From Mobula hypostoma (Eukaryota): a stretch of DNA of 64,000 bases. Both the position numbers and the translations under genes were made by a program. The number at the start of each line of letters is the position of its first letter. Positions within the stretch are counted from its first letter, which is position 1. A model generated the notes under the pieces. It was not told the DNA's origin. It did no database searches and was given only the letters and a program-made list of their open reading frames with translations. This document shows, in pieces, positions 35,633 to 50,765 of this stretch. The stretch is from assembly GCF_963921235.1 (NCBI RefSeq), contig NC_086100.1, positions 199,456,001-199,520,000 on the forward strand, given 5' to 3'.

Positions 35633-37926
35633 ATTACTGGATGATAGAAAAATGTCAATGTCAGCTAGAGTTTACCATGATAACTCCAATCAAATTCACT
35701 AACCTTCTGACCTAAAGTATAGACTTATTTGTGTGTCTAATCTATTTTTCCATGACAATGCACACTCAATTCTCTAGCCTTCTGTCAAATATAGTCCTTC
35801 TTGCCTCGAGTATATCGACACTATTTTGCCAATCAACGTCAATATCTTGGTTACTTCCATTTTCTTAGTCTCAGTGTCATTCCATCGTGCTGCCAGTGTC
35901 CGCATCTCATCCCTGCATCCCAGAGCTGAGTTAGGAAGGTCATACATCAAGCAGAGAAGACATCCTGGACTTCTCTTTTAGCCCACGGACATATGCAGAG
36001 TGGGCTAAAGGGTTTGCTGTGCATTGAAAGCTTCCCAAGAGTGTAGGCATTCTATGTTATTCCTTAGGGAGACTTCCTGCCAAAAGCAGCAGGCTGAAAG
36101 GCCTGGAGGGTCTCGTTGGCAACCTTGCCCAAAGAACATGCTCTTCACCTGCCTGTCAGGGAAACCCTGTACCCCTGCTCCCTTTTTCTCCCACAAACTC
36201 CTCTTTGGGAGCTCTGTGCATCTCCTGTGCTGTCATTGTATAATTCATTCTTGAAGCAACATCACTATCCAGTAACTGGAAGAGTGTTTCTTGAATTGAA
36301 TGTACACGTCTCAGTAAAAACACATTCCCAGGATTGCAACAGTCAAGTACTTGCAATAGATAACTACACAACTATGCCCATTCAATGTCAAGATAAATTT
36401 ATTATCAAAATACGTACATATCTCCATGAGATTAATTTTCTTGCAGGCACTTACTGGGAAATAAAGAAATACAAGAGACAAATTGTGTGAAAAATAAATA
36501 AATACTAAGAACATGAGTTGCAGAGTCCTGTAAGTTGTGGAATCAGTCCAGTATCAACGGGAGTAAATTTCAGGTTATCTACACCGATTCAGGAGCATGA
36601 CGGTTGCAGGGTAATAATTGTTCCTGAACCTGGTGGTGTGGGAGTTAAGACTCCTGTATCTCCTGCCCAATGCCAGTGGAGAGAAGAAAGCAAGGATTGG
36701 ACACAGAGGGTCCTTGACAATGGACACTGCTTTCCTGTGGCAGCACTCCTTGTAAGTGAACTTCCTTCCAGTACACCTTTACATTTATCTGTTGCAAGAA
36801 CTTGTAGGTGATGCATTCTTGGGAGCCAGTCTTTACAGAGCCATGTGCTCAATACAAGAAACACTCTTCTGAACACTGGAGAGGGATGCTGCTTGAAGAA
36901 TGAATCCTCCAAAAATGCTGCATTAAGACGTGACAACACTATTTTGGACTTCTTGTTTTGGAAGATCCCTATCTCGATCTGTCATATTGGGATGCCTAAC
37001 AGCTTGTTATGGCAACTGCTCTGCCCGTGACCAAAAGGAACTACAGAGAGTTGTGGATGCAGCTCAGCATATCATAGAAACCAGCCTCCCATCCGTGGAC
37101 TCCATCTATACTGCTTGCTGCCTCAGTAAATCAGACGGTATAATCAAAGACAGGGTGGCGGGGTGGAAATATGTCTACCAAATGAAGCGTAAGGCACTCC
37201 TTCCCTCTGCTAGCCTGCAGGTCACCCTTGGGAAGGGTGTAGCGCCTGCTTCACCCCCCTATCAGGGTCAGGTGAAGCCATGTGAGCCTGCGGTGGATGG
37301 TCAAATGAGCAAATGGTGTGTATCACAGGTACTGGTTATACGACCAGGCAGTCAGTCTCTGAAGGATGTTGAAAATGGTTGTGATCACCCATCTTGTAAA
37401 GACACTACCCAGAAGAATACAACGGCAAACCACTTCTACAGAAAATTTGCCAAGAACAATCATGGTCCACATCATACGACACTGCACATAGTGTTGTTAT
37501 TGTTGATAATCAAAGATCACATTCACCCACATTGTTACCACCATCCAGACCGTGCTCTCTTCTCATCAGGAATGAGGTACAGGAACCTTGCATCCTACAC
37601 CACCAAGTTCGGGAAAGTTATTACCCTTCAACCACCAGGCTTCTAAACCAGAGTGGATAACATCACTCAACCCAACACCAAACTACAAACGTTTGTAATT
37701 CCACAATGTATAGTCACACTATCAAGGACTTTACGACTCATAATCTCAATATTATTTTATTGATTTATTTATTATTTTGTTTTTCTTTTTATTTGAATAA
37801 TTGGTTACCTTTTACACATTGGTTGTTTGTCAGTCTTTGTGTGTAATTTTTCTTCGATTCCATAGTGTATCTATAATGAATACCCATGAGAAAATGAATC
37901 TCAGGGTAGTATGGTTACATATGCAT

Positions 37927-38600
37927 TCAGCGGCCATTTTATTAGATATCCCTGTACACCTGCTTGTTAATACAAATATTTTAATCAGCCAATCATATGG
38001 CAGCAACTCAATGCATAAAAGCATGCAAACTTGGTCAGAGGTTCAGTTACTGTTCAGACTAACATCAGATTGGGGAAGAAATGTGATCTAAGTGACTTTG
38101 ACTGTGGAATGATTGTTGGTCCCAGATGGGGTGGTTTGAGTATCTCAGAAACTGCTGATCTCTTGGGATTTTCACACACAACAGGCTCTAGAGTTTACAG
38201 AGAATGGTGCCAAAATGAAAAAAACACATCCATTGAGTGGCAGTTCTGTGGGCGAAAATGCCTTATTAATGGGAGAGGTCAGAGGAGAGTGGCCAGACTG
38301 GTTCACGCTGACAGGAAGGTGACAGTAACTCAAATAACCATGTGTTACAACAGTGGCGTGCAGAGAAGCATCTCTGAATACACAACCCATTGAACCTTGA
38401 AGTGACAGACACAAAATGCTGGAGGAACTCAGCAGGCCAGGCAGCATCTATGGAAAAGAGTAAACAGACAATGTTCTGGGCCAAGACCCTTCATTGGGAC
38501 CAGAAAAAAAAATGATGAGAAGTCAGGATAACTGAACCTTGAAGTGGATGGGCTACTGCAGCAGAAGACCATGAACATACACTCAGTGGCTACTTTATTA
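37927..38600 (+). mobile_element. Non-autonomous Tc1-like element with a PLE fragment inside (~38408-38500)
   Basis: LGKKCDLSDFDCGMIVGPRWGGLSISETADLLGFSHTT..SRVYREW. Confidence 0.8.
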
Positions 38601-40029
38601 TCTTTCAACAATGGAGCTGGCAGGAGATGACATATCAAATGGCAGTGAAAGCGGAGGAAGACTGCAGCAGTGAAGATTCCCCAGTTGTCTTGCATTCTGG
38701 ACCCTGACTCCAATCTGTCAAGGACCTTGTGGTGGCATCAGCCTTCCCACGTTACACAACGTATTCTGTGCAATGTATTCAATGCATTCTTCAGCAAGGG
38801 AATCCACCATAACACCCTGGAGTTACATGGATCCCTGATCAACACTGCAGCCACCTAAGGACCCACCAATAGGCAACCCCTTAGGAGAACATCATACCCG
38901 ACTCGAGTGTAGTACTACTACTAGAAAGATATGAGCTCTGGGAATGATTCTACTGAGGCCTCAGACACACAATTACTTCACAACTCCATAACTGTGATTG
39001 TGCTGGAATGTAAAAAGCTGCAGGGAGTAGTGGACTTAGCCCAATACACCACAGGCAAAACCCTCCCACCCAAGTGAAAAGTCTACATGAGGTGCTGCCA
39101 GCAGAAGACAATATCTATCATCAGAGAGCGCAAACACCCAGGCATGCAAGTCTTCTTCCAATGGGCAGGAGCTACAAAAACGTGAAGTCCTGCGCCACCA
39201 GATTCAGGAAAAGCTATTTCCCTTCAACCAACCTGCACCACCTCAGCAGAGCAACATTATGACAGCCTTAACTGCTTTGTACAACAATGGACCTTTTTTT
39301 TTGACATTGGGACAAAAAAAGGGCCAAACACATTAATGAAAACTATGGTCAGAATGCAGATGGGATACAAAAGACTGTAGATGCTGGGACATGGAACAAA
39401 CAAAATGCTAGAGGACATGCAGGACACGCAGTGCCTACAGCACAAAATGGGCTGTCAACATTTTGGGTGAAGACCCTTCATCTAAATTGTGTGGGAACTT
39501 AAATCAGAGGATTGAAAAGGAAGGGAAAAGTAAAACAGGAAATTGTTAATAATCTGCAAGTTTGAAGCAAATTTCTATATTGTTTCCAGGAAATCAGTGG
39601 GTAATTCTGAAAGTCAACTTGTGCACTGCAGTGAAAATGATGGCTAATGAAGGAAAGAAGAGATTAAATATTTCCTTGAAAGTGGCGTCACAGGTGAGTG
39701 GGGTCATGAAGAGTGATTTTGACACACTTGCCTTCATAAATCAAAAGTACTGAGTACAGGAGTTGGGAAGTTACGTTAGAGTTGTATAAGACATTGGTGA
39801 TCATAATATGTGGCTCAGAAGGCTCCAAGTAGTTCATATGGTTCCGTTTATCATCAGAGAATGTGTATACAACCTGAAATACCTAGTCTTTGCAGACATC
39901 CGTAAAAAATAGTAGAACCCCGGAAGAATAAATGACAGGACAAATGTTAGAACCCCAAAGCCTACTCTTCCCTCTCCCTGTGCAAGCAACAGCAAAACAT
40001 CAACACATGATTTACTGTTTGCTACTGTT

Positions 40030-43000
40030 GTTCAGGAGGATGGAAACTAATGTGGCAGGGGATGGGAACAAGTGCAGAGAGACAGAGGGGTGTAAAATGA
40101 GGGTAGGAGCAAAAAGTAGTAAGGTGAAAAGTAAAAGTGGCAGGCCGGCAAATCCAGGGCAAAAATCAAAAAGGGCCACTTTTCAACATAATTGTATAAG
40201 GGATAAGACTATTGTAAAAGAGCGCCTGAAGGCTTTGTGTGTCAATGCAAGGAGCATTCGTAACAAGGTGGATGAATTGAAAGTGCAGATAGTTATTAAT
40301 GAATATGATATAGTTGGGATCACAGAGACATGGCTCCAGGGTGACCAAGGATGGGAGCTCAACATTCAGGGATATTCAATATTCAGGAGGGATAGACATG
40401 AAAGAAAAGGAGGTGGGGTAGCATTGCTGGTTAGAGAGGAGATTAACACAATAGAAAGGAAGGACATTAGCTGGGAAGATGTGGAATCGATATGGGTAGA
40501 GCTGCATAACACTAAGGGTCAGAAAATGCTGGTGGGAGTTGTGTACAGGCCACCTAACAGTAGTAGTGAGTTTGGGGATGGCATTAAATAGGAAATTAGA
40601 AATGTGTGCAATAAAGGAACAGCAGTTATAATGGGTGACTTCAATCTACATATAGATTGGGTGAACCAAATTGGTAAGGGTGCTGAGGAGGAGGATTTCT
40701 TGGAATGTAGGCGGGATGGTTTTCTGAACCAACATGTCGAGGAACCAACTAGAGAGCAGGCTATTCTAGACTGGGTTTTGAGCAATGAGGAAGGGTTAAT
40801 TAGCAATCGTCGTGAGAGGCCCCTTGGGTAAGAGTGACCATAATATGGTGGAATACTTCATTAAGATGGAGAGTGACATAGTTAATTCAGAAACAAAGGT
40901 TCTGAACTTAAAGAAGGGTAACTTTGAAGGTATGAGACGTGAATTAGCTAAGATAGACTGGCAAATGATACTTAAAGGGTTGACGGTGGATATGTAATGG
41001 CAAGCATTTAAAGGTCGCATGGATGAACTACAACAATTGTTCATCCCAGTTTGGCAAAAGAATAAACCAGGGGAGGTAGTGCACCCGTGGCTGACAAGGG
41101 AAATTAGGGATAGTATCAATTCCAAAGAAGAAACATACAAATTAGCCAGAAAAAGCGGCTCACCTGAGGACTGGGAGAAATTCAGAGTCCAGCAGAGGAG
41201 GACAAAGGGCTTAATTAGGAAAGGGAAAAAAGATTATGAGAGAAAACTGGCAGGGAACATAAAAACTGACTGTAAAAGCTTTTATAGATATGTGAAAAGA
41301 AAAAGATTGGTTAAGACAAATGTAGGTCCCTTACAGTCAGAAACAGATGAATTGATCATGGGGAACAAGGACATGGCAGACCAATTGAATAACTACTTTG
41401 GTTCTGTCTTCACTAAGGAGGACATAAATAATCTTCCGGAAATAGTAGGGGAAAGAGGGACTAGTGAGATGGAGGAACTGAGGGAAATACATGTTAGTAG
41501 GGAAGTGGTGTTAGGTAAATTGAAGGGATTAAAGGCAGATAAATCCCCAGGGCCAGATGGTCTGCATCCCAGAGTGCTTAAGGAAGTAGCCCAAGAAATA
41601 GTGGCTGCATTAGTGATAATTTTTCAAAACTTTTTAGATTCTGGACTAGTTCCTGAGGATTGGAGGGTGGCTAATGTAACCCCACTTTTTAAAAAAGGAG
41701 GGACAGAGAAACCAGGGAATTATAGACCGGTTAGCCTAACATCGGTGATGGGGAAACTGCTAGAGTCAGTTATCAAAGATGTGATAACAGCACATTTGGA
41801 AAACGATGAAATCATCGGACAAAGCCAGCATGGATTTGTGAAAGGAAAATCATGTCTGACGAATCTCATAGAATTTTTTGAGGATGTAACTAGTAGAGTG
41901 GATAGGGGAGAACCAGTAGATGTGGTATATTTGGATTTTCAAAAGGCTTTTGACAAGGTCCCACACAGGAGGTTAGTGTGCAAACTTAAAGCACACGGTA
42001 TTGGGGGTAAGGTATTGATGTGGATAGAGAATTGGTTGGCAGACGGGAAGCAAAGAGTGGGAATAAACGGGACCTTTTCAGAACGGCAGGCAGTGACTAG
42101 TGGGGTACCACAAGGCTCAGTGCTGGGACCCCAATTGTTTAAAATATATACTAATGATTTAGATGAGGGAATTAAATGCAGCATCTCCAAGTTTGCGGAT
42201 GACACGAAGCTGGATGGCAGTGTTAGCTGTGAGGAGGATGCTAAGAGGATGCGGGGTGACTTGGATAGGTTAGGTGAGTGGGCAAATTCATGGCAGATGC
42301 AATTTAATGTGGATAAATGTGAGGTTATCCAATTTGGTGGCAAGAACAGGAAAACAGATTATTATCTGAATGGTGGCCAATTAGGAAAAGGGGAGGTGCA
42401 ACAAGACCTGGGTGCAATTGTACACCAGTCATTGAAAGTGGGCATGCAGGTACAGCAGGCGGTGAAAAAGGCAAATGGTATGCTGGCATTCATAGCAAGA
42501 GGATTCGAGTACAGGAGCAGGGAGGTACTACTACAGTTGTACAAGGCCTTGGTGAGACCACACCTGGAGTATTGTGTGCAGTTTTGGTCCCCTAATCTGA
42601 GGAAAGACATCTTTGCCATAGAGGGAGTACAAAGAAGGTTCACCAGATTGATTCCTGGGATGGCAGGACTTTCATATGAAGAAAGACTGGATGAACTGGG
42701 CTTGTACTCGTTGGAATTTAGAAGATTGAGGGGGGGTCTGATTGAAACGTATAAGATCCTAAAGGGATTGGACAGGCTAGATGTGGGAAGATTGTTCCCG
42801 ATGTTGGGGAAGTCCAGAACGAGGAGTCACAGTTTGAGGATAGAGGGGAAGCCTTTTAGGACCGAGATTAGGAAAAACTTCTTCACACAGAGAGTGGTGA
42901 ATCTGTGGAATTCTCTGCCATAGGAAACTGTTGAGGCCAGTTCATTGGCTATATTTAAGAGGGAGTTAGATATGGCCCTTGTGGCTACAGGGATCAGGGG

Positions 43001-43120
43001 GTATGGAGGGAAGGCTGGGGCGAGGTTCTGAGTTGGATGATCAGCCATGATCATAATAAATGGCGGTGCAGGCTTGAAGGGCCGAATGGCCTACTCCTGC
43101 ACCTATTTTCTATGTTTCTA
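40030..43120 (+). mobile_element. CR1 with near-complete ORF2 (APE and RT; a few stops and frameshifts)
   Basis: CVNARSIRNK, GITETW, YRPPNS, MGDFN, SDHN, 634-aa RT ORF 41019-42923, ttctatgtttctat tail. Confidence 0.93.
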
Positions 43121-43857
43121 TATAGTTGTTGAAGAAAGTGCAAAAATGGGTCTATCTATCAATTGCAAAAAGACAGAATGTATGGTAATATCCAAAAAAA
43201 AGGAGAATCCCATCTGCAGGCAGAGAATAAATGGGGAAGACATAAAACAAGTACAGGACTTTTGTTACTTAGGAAGCTGGGTGATATCAGATGGCAGGTG
43301 TGACTTGGACATTAAAAGAAGAATAGGGATGGCAAAAGACACCTTTACGAGAATGAAGAGTATACTGACTAACACAAAACTAGGCATGACAACCTGCCTC
43401 AGAGTACTGAAATGTTACATTTATCCAGTTATGTTATATGGCTCAGAATGTAGGACAATATCTAGTAACATGAGGAAATGAATTGAAGCAGCAGAGATGT
43501 GTTTTTTGAGGAGGATGCAAAGAATATCATGGACAAAACGAAACGAATATCTAACGAGGATGTCATGAACAGAGCAGGCACAAAAAGAGAAATAATGTAT
43601 GAGATCATGAAAAGGCAACGTAACTTCATTGGACATGTGATTAGGAAAGAGGAGTTAGAATGCACGGTAATTATGGGAAAGATTGAAGGGAAGAAAGCAA
43701 GATACAGGCAAAGACAAATGATGATGGAGACAGCAGCCAGAGAACTGGAAATGAATCCCAATGAATAGATCCACTTGACCTGAAACAGGAGTGTGTGGGC
43801 CATGGCAGTCAAAGCTCAGACTGGGCACGGCACTTGATGATGATGATGATGATGATG
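43121..43857 (+). mobile_element. RTE LINE 3' fragment with (GAT)n tail
   Basis: GLSINCKKTECM, FCYLGS, IKRRIGMAK, LYGSEC, MGKIEGK. Confidence 0.85.
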
Positions 43858-44809
43858 AGCTGTATCTTAAATATATTTAGTGAAGAAGCCTCAACTGTTT
43901 CCCTGGGAAGGGAATTCCACAGATTCACCACTCTCTGGGAAAAACAATTTCTCCTCATCTCCATCCTAAATCTTCTCCCCTGAATCTTGAGGCAATGTCC
44001 CCTCGTTCTAGTCTCAAACAGAGTCCATAGAGAAGCAGGTTTCTGTGAGCTGTCCTCAACCATCTCCTGTTTCTTGCCGTGAGCAGTTGCCATACCAAAC
44101 CACGATGCATCCAGAGAAGATATATTAGAATCAGTTGTTCTATATGCTTCTAATAAGGCATATAAAACAACTATTACCAAGAATTACTAAGATTTAGCAA
44201 GGTTGAAATTGTAGTTTCATTAATATATAATTTGTATTTTTAACTTGTATTATTCACGATATGTGGTGTTGGGCTCCACCTACTGGTGGCAAAGCAATAT
44301 AACAGTTACATAACAATTTATCGTCTTTCATTTTTCATTGGCTGAGTCTTATCCATGTTATGCCTGTTTCTCAAACAAGAGAAAATCTGCAGATGCTGGA
44401 AATCCAAGCAACACACACAAAATTCTGAAGGAGCACAGCAGGTCAGGCAGCATCTATGGGAAAGAGTACAGCTGATGTTTTGGGCCAAAACCCACCTTTT
44501 AATTGGCCCTTATATAACTTCGGAATATACCCTTCTTCGGTATAAGTGTCAGTCTCTGAAAAAAGTTGTCATCTTGTCCGTCTTTTCCTTGAGTTCCTTC
44601 CTTTAGTTCCTGTGTTCTGCACCTATTTCTTTACTTAAACTTTAAGCCAAAAGTTTTCAACTCACTCTTGGACTCCTAAAATAATCTGTGGATTGGAAAA
44701 TCACCAGATCTGACAGCTATTTTGTATGATGCATCGGTAACAAAATGGTGAGGGTTAATGAGGACATTTGGAATTTCTATAGTTTCCTGAAGAAAGGGAG
44801 GCATTGGTG

Positions 44810-47800
44810 TCCTTCTTTTGTCAAGGTGTCTACATGTTTAGACCAAGATGGGCTCCAGGCGCCATACCCCGGTAAACCGCTTCAGCTGGCGGGCTAAACC
44901 ACGTGAGGGGGTGATGTTAACACGGCACCACTGGGCGAAAGACTTCCATGATCAAGTCAGCGGCCGGGGCGGAAAGGTTCTCAGATGAACTATAATGGCC
45001 ACGTGTTCACGACCAAGGCGAGCCACCTAGTTGGAGGAAATCGGCTGCGGTCAAACCTGGAGAGGGATGGGCTCTGCCAGGTTTCAGATGCCCAAGAAAT
45101 GCCGCATGATGAACACACCAAAAAGCAACTTCATACCGGATCGGTCACAGCCCGGGTTACCAGTGACCGCACTATCCGCCTCACACCAGGGCGGACGCGA
45201 TAAACGTGCTACTGGTGATTCAACACAGAAGATCCGTGGCAGAGAACATCACAATCGCCACATGGAATGTAAGAATGCTGAACCAAGCTGGGAAACTCAA
45301 GGAACTCGCGCATGAGATGGAAAGATACAACTGCCACCTCCTCGGGCTCTGTGAAGCCAGATAGAAGAACGCTGGAGAAGTTCATACTGAGGAAGGACAT
45401 GTACTCCATTACAGCGGAGAAGAGAACAGACATGAAAATGGCGTAGGGTTCCTAGTCAACAAATCCATCAAGAACGCTGTCCTAGGATGCCAACCAGTGT
45501 CAAGCAGGCTCATGACCTTCCGCCTGTGAGTAAACCATTCAACATCACAGTGGCACATGTCTACACCCCAACAACAGACTACAACAATGAACACATTGAA
45601 AAATTCTATAAGAAACTATAAGATGTCATCGACAAGGTGGACAAAAAAGATATTTTGATCATTCAGGGTGACTGGAATGCCAAGGTGGGCAGAGACGCAC
45701 AAGATGAGTGGGGGGATCTCATCGGCCCCTCATGCAATGACACCTCCAATAAGAGGGGACTACGCCTGCTGGAATTTGCTAGTTATAACAACATGGTGCT
45801 GTCGAACACACTTGGAGAACACAAAGCATCCCGAAGATGGACCTGGCGTGCCCCCAGTGGTCAACATCACCAGATTGACTACATCCTGGTGCAAAGACGG
45901 CACAAATCTGGTGTGAACAGACGAAAGACCAGAACATCCCAGGAGCAGATGTGGGCAGTGACCATGACCTTGTCATGATGAACATCAGAGCGTGCTTGAG
46001 GAGAATCAACAAGCCGAAAGATAGTTGGCTGAGATTCGACCTTGAAAAACTGAAAGACCCCGCCATCTCTGAAGAATTTCAGGCAGCAACTGGGGGGATG
46101 TTTGCACCAATACTCCTCTTTGATGAAGACCTGGAGACCACCACAAATAACTTTAACATAGTGATGACCAAAACAGCAAGCAAGATTCTGGGGAAGTCTA
46201 AACCATGGGTCACTAACAAGATACTGGATATGTGTGACACAAGAAAATTAAAGAAAGATAAAAACACAGCAGAAGGAAGAACAGAATACAGGAAAATCAA
46301 CAAGGAAATCAGGAGGGAGATGAAGGAAGTAAAGCGAAGATGGATAGCCGAACAATGTGCACACATTGAAGACAGCCTCTCCAACAACAACACAAAGAAG
46401 GCGTTCCAACTGGCGAAAGATCTTACCAAAGAAAAACAAGCCAAAGTGAACACCATCCAAGACAAAAATGGCAAAAGTCTCACAACGAAAAGGAAATAAT
46501 GGAAAGGTGGACAGAGTACTGTTCAGAACTGTACAACTACCAGAGCAAAGGGGATCCAAGCGTGCTGAATGTGCAGGGATCTTCCAATGAAGATTTTTCA
46601 AGGGCAAAAAGACCCTGATGGGAGTTATCTACAAGCCACCGAACAGTAGCCTGGAAATAGGGTGCAGGTTAAATCAAGAGTTAAAATTGGCATGTCGTAA
46701 AGGTAATTCTATGGTTGTTATGGGGGATTTTAACATGCAGGTAGACTGGGAAAATCAGGTTGGTACTGGACCCCAAGAAAGGGAGTTTGTGGAGTGCCTC
46801 AGAGATGGATTCTTAGAGCAGCTTGTATTAGAGCCTACCAGGGAGAAGGCAATTCTGGATTTAGCATTGTGTGATGAGCCAGATTTGATAAGGGAACTCG
46901 AGGTAAAGGAACCATTAGGAGGTAGTGACCATAATATGATAAGTTTTAATCTACAATTTGAGAGGGAGAAGGGAAGATCGGAAGTGTCAGTATTACAGTT
47001 GAACAAAGGGGACTATGGACACATGAGGGAGGAGCTGGCAAAAGTGGACTGGAAAGATACCCCAGCAGGGATGACAGTGGAACAACAATGGCAGGTAATT
47101 CTGGGAATAATACAGAAGGTGCAGGATCAGTTCATTCCAAAGAGGAAGAAAGATCCTAAGGGGAGTAAGGGGCCATTGTGGATGACAAGGGAAGTCAAGG
47201 ACAGTATAAAAATAAAAGAGAAGTATAACATAGCAAGAATGAATGGGAAGCCAGAGGATTGGGAGACTTTTAAGGAGCAACAGAAGATAACTAAAAAGGC
47301 AATACGGGTGTGGGGGGGAAGATGAGGTACGTAGGTAAGCTAGCAAAAAATATAAAGGAGGATAGTAAAAGCTTCTTTAGGTATGTGAAGAGGAAAAGAT
47401 TAGTTAAGACCAAAGTTGGGCCCTTGAAGACAGAAACGGGTGAAATTATTATGGGGAACAAGGAAATGGCAGAAGAGCTGAACAGATACTTTGGATCTGT
47501 CTTCACGAGGGAAGACACAAACAATCTGCCGGATGTAATAGTGACTAGAGGACCTAGGGTAACGGAGGAACTGAAGGAGATTCACATTAGACAGAAAATG
47601 GTGTTGGATAGACTGATGGGACTGAAGGTTGATAAATCCCCAGGGCCTGATGGTCTGCATCCTAGGGTACTTGAGCTGGCTCTAGAAATCATGGATGCAT
47701 TGGTAATCATTTTCCAATGTTCTATAGATTCAGGATCAGTTCCTGCAGATTGGAGGGTAGCTAATATTATCCCACTTTTTAAGAAAGGAGGAGAAAACAG

Positions 47801-50765
47801 GCAATTATAGACCGGTTAGTCTGACATCGGTGGTGGGGAAGATGCTGGAATCAATTATAAAAGATGTAATAGCGGCACATTTGGATAGCAGTAGCAGGAT
47901 AGGTCCGAGTCAGCATGGACTTAAGAAGGGGAAGTCATGCTTGACTAATCTTCTGGAATTTTTTGAGGATGTTACTATGAAAATGGACATGGGAAAGCCA
48001 GTGGATGTAGTGTACCTGGACTTTCAGAAAGCCTTTGATAAAGTCCCACATAGGAGGTTATTGTGCAAAATTAGAGCACATGGTATTGGGGGTAGGGTAC
48101 TGACATGGATAGAAAATTGGTTGGCAGACAGGAAACAAAGAGTAGGGATTAACGGGTCCTTTTCAGAATGGCAGGTCGTGACTAGTGGGGTACCGCAAGG
48201 CTTGGTGCTGGGACCGCAGCTATTTACAATATACATTAATGATTTAGATGAAGGGATTACAAGTAACATTAGCAAATTTGCAGATGACACAAAGTTGGGT
48301 GGCAATGTGAAATGTGAGGAGGATGTTATGAGAATGCAGGGTGACTTGGACAGATTGGGTGAGTGGGCAGATGCATGGCAGATGCATGGCAGATGCAGTT
48401 TAATGTGGATAAATGTGAGGTTATCCACTTTGGTGGCAAGAACAGGAAGGCAGATTACTATCTGAATGGTGTCAAGTTAGGAAAAGGGGAAGTACAATGA
48501 GATCTAGATGTCCTTATTCATCAGTCACTGAAAGTAAGCATGAAGGTACAGCAGGCAGTGAAGAAAGCTAAAGGCATGCTGGCGTTAATAACAAGGGGAG
48601 TTGAGTATAGGAGCAAAGAGGTCCTTCTGCAGTTGTACAGGGCCCTGGTGAGACCACACCTGGAGTACTGTGTACAGTTTTGGTCTCCAAATTTGAGGAA
48701 GGACATTCTTGCTATTGAGGGAGTGCAGTGTAGGTTCATGAGGTTAATTCCCGGGATGGCGGGACTGTCATATGTTGAAAGATTGGAGCGACTGGGGTTG
48801 TATACACTGGAATTTAGAAGGATGAGAGGGGATCTGATTGAAACATATAAAAATATTAAGGGATTGGACACGTTAGGGGCAGGAATCATGTTCCTGATGT
48901 TGGGGGAGTCCAGAACCAGAGGTCACAGTTTAAGAATAAGGGGTAGACAATTTAGAATGGAGTTGAGGAAAAACTTTTTCATACGGAGGGTTGTGGTTCT
49001 GTGGAATGCTCTGCCTCAGAAGGCAGTGGAGGGTAATTCTCTGGATTCTTTCAGAAAAGAGTTGGCTAGAGCTCTTAAAGATAGCGGAGTGAAGGGATAT
49101 GGGGAAAAGGGTACTGATTGTGGATGATCAGCCATGATCACAATGAATGGTGGTACTGACTCGAAGGGCTGAATGGCCTACTCCTGCACCTATTGTCTAT
49201 TGTCTAATGAGGAAGACTATCCAATCATGCGTGAAGAATTTGAAGCTGCAATACAATCACTGAAGTGCAGGAAGCCAGCCGGAGTTGACAACATCCCTGC
49301 TGAACTGCTGAAGTATGGAGGAGAGGCTATGATAGACATGCTTACCACCATCTGCAATAAGATCTGGCAGACAGGAGAATGGCCGACACCTTGGACTCAG
49401 TCGCTGATCACTGTGCTTCCCAAGAAAGGCAATCTCCAACTTTGCCAGAATTACCGTACCATCAGTTTGATCAGCCGTGTAAGCAAAGTAATGCTCAGAA
49501 TCACCTTGAACAGGCTGAGACCTCAGGCAGAAGACATCATTGCCGAGGAACAAGCAGGCTTCCGTAAGGGCAGAAGCAACGCTGAGCAGATTTTCAACCT
49601 CCGCACCCTCGGTGAGAAACACCTTCAGCACCAGAGAGAGTCCTGCCACGTCTTCATAGACTTCAAGAAGGCATTTGACAGAGTCTGGCATGATGCCTTA
49701 TGGGCCACCATGAAGAAATTCAACATGGGGCAGAAGCTGATTCATACAATCCATCAGCTTTACGCCAAGGCAACCAGTGCAGAACTCGCTCAGGGCACCA
49801 TCGGGGAGTGTTTCCATACCTCTGTAGGAGTCCGTCAGGCCTGCCTCCTCTCCCCCACTCTCTTTACCGTCTTCCTGGAACGAATCATGAGTGTTGCCCT
49901 TGAAGATCATGTGGGCACAGTCAGCATCAGAGAGAGGAACATCACAAACCTAAGATTTGCTGACAACATTGATGGACTTGCAGGAAAAGAGGACGAACTG
50001 GCCAACCTGGTCAGCCATTTCGACAGAGCCTCCACAAAGTTTGGAATGGAAATAAGTGCTGAGAAAACCAAGTTCACAGCAAACGCCAACGGTGCCATCA
50101 CAACAGACATCTCAGTCCATGGTCAGAAACTTGAGACAGTGCAAATACCCAGGGGTAATCATCAGTGATGAAGGATCAAGACCAGAAGTCCTGGCAAGAA
50201 CCACACGGACAATGACTGCACTATCCAAACTCAAGACAATATGGAGGGACAGCAACATCACCATGAAGTACAAGATCAGACTCCTGCGTGCACTGGTATT
50301 CTCCATCTTCCTGTACGCATGTGAGACATGGACCCTCACCGCAGAGCTACAGAGGAAGATACAGGCGTTGGAAATAAAATGCTGTCGCAATATCTTGGGC
50401 ATCTCATACTTGGACCACATCACAAACAATCAGGTCTGCAAGACCATCCAGCACCACACTGGCCCCCATGAAGACCTTCCCACAACGGTGAAGAAAAGAA
50501 AGCTGAGATGGAATGGCCACGTAACAAGATCCAGTGGCCTTGCAAAGACCGTTCTACAAGGAACTGTGGAGGGGAAAAGAAGGAGAGGTAGACAGAGGAA
50601 AAGATGGACGGACAACATTAAAGAACGGACAGGGAAAACATTTGCGGTGACCCAGGCTCTGGCACACAATCGCGACAGATGGAACAGACTGGTGCAAAGC
50701 TTGTCATGACAGTGGCCCTGACGACCCCACCAGGAGTTAAGGGTGAAAGGCAAGGCAAGGCAAGA
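44810..50765 (+). mobile_element. Near-full-length decayed RTE LINE interrupted by CR1 (46600-49207)
   Basis: APE TWNVR.., QGDWNAKVG, IDYILV, GSDH; RT NYRTISLIS, EEQAGFR, FIDFKKAFD, LRFADNI, LYACETW; (aaggc)n tail. Confidence 0.88.
46600..49207 (+). mobile_element. 5'-truncated CR1 nested in RTE
   Basis: CR1 APE, linker and RT peptides; (ctattgt)n tail; RTE frame resumes at SNEEDYP; possible short TSD aatga. Confidence 0.9.
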
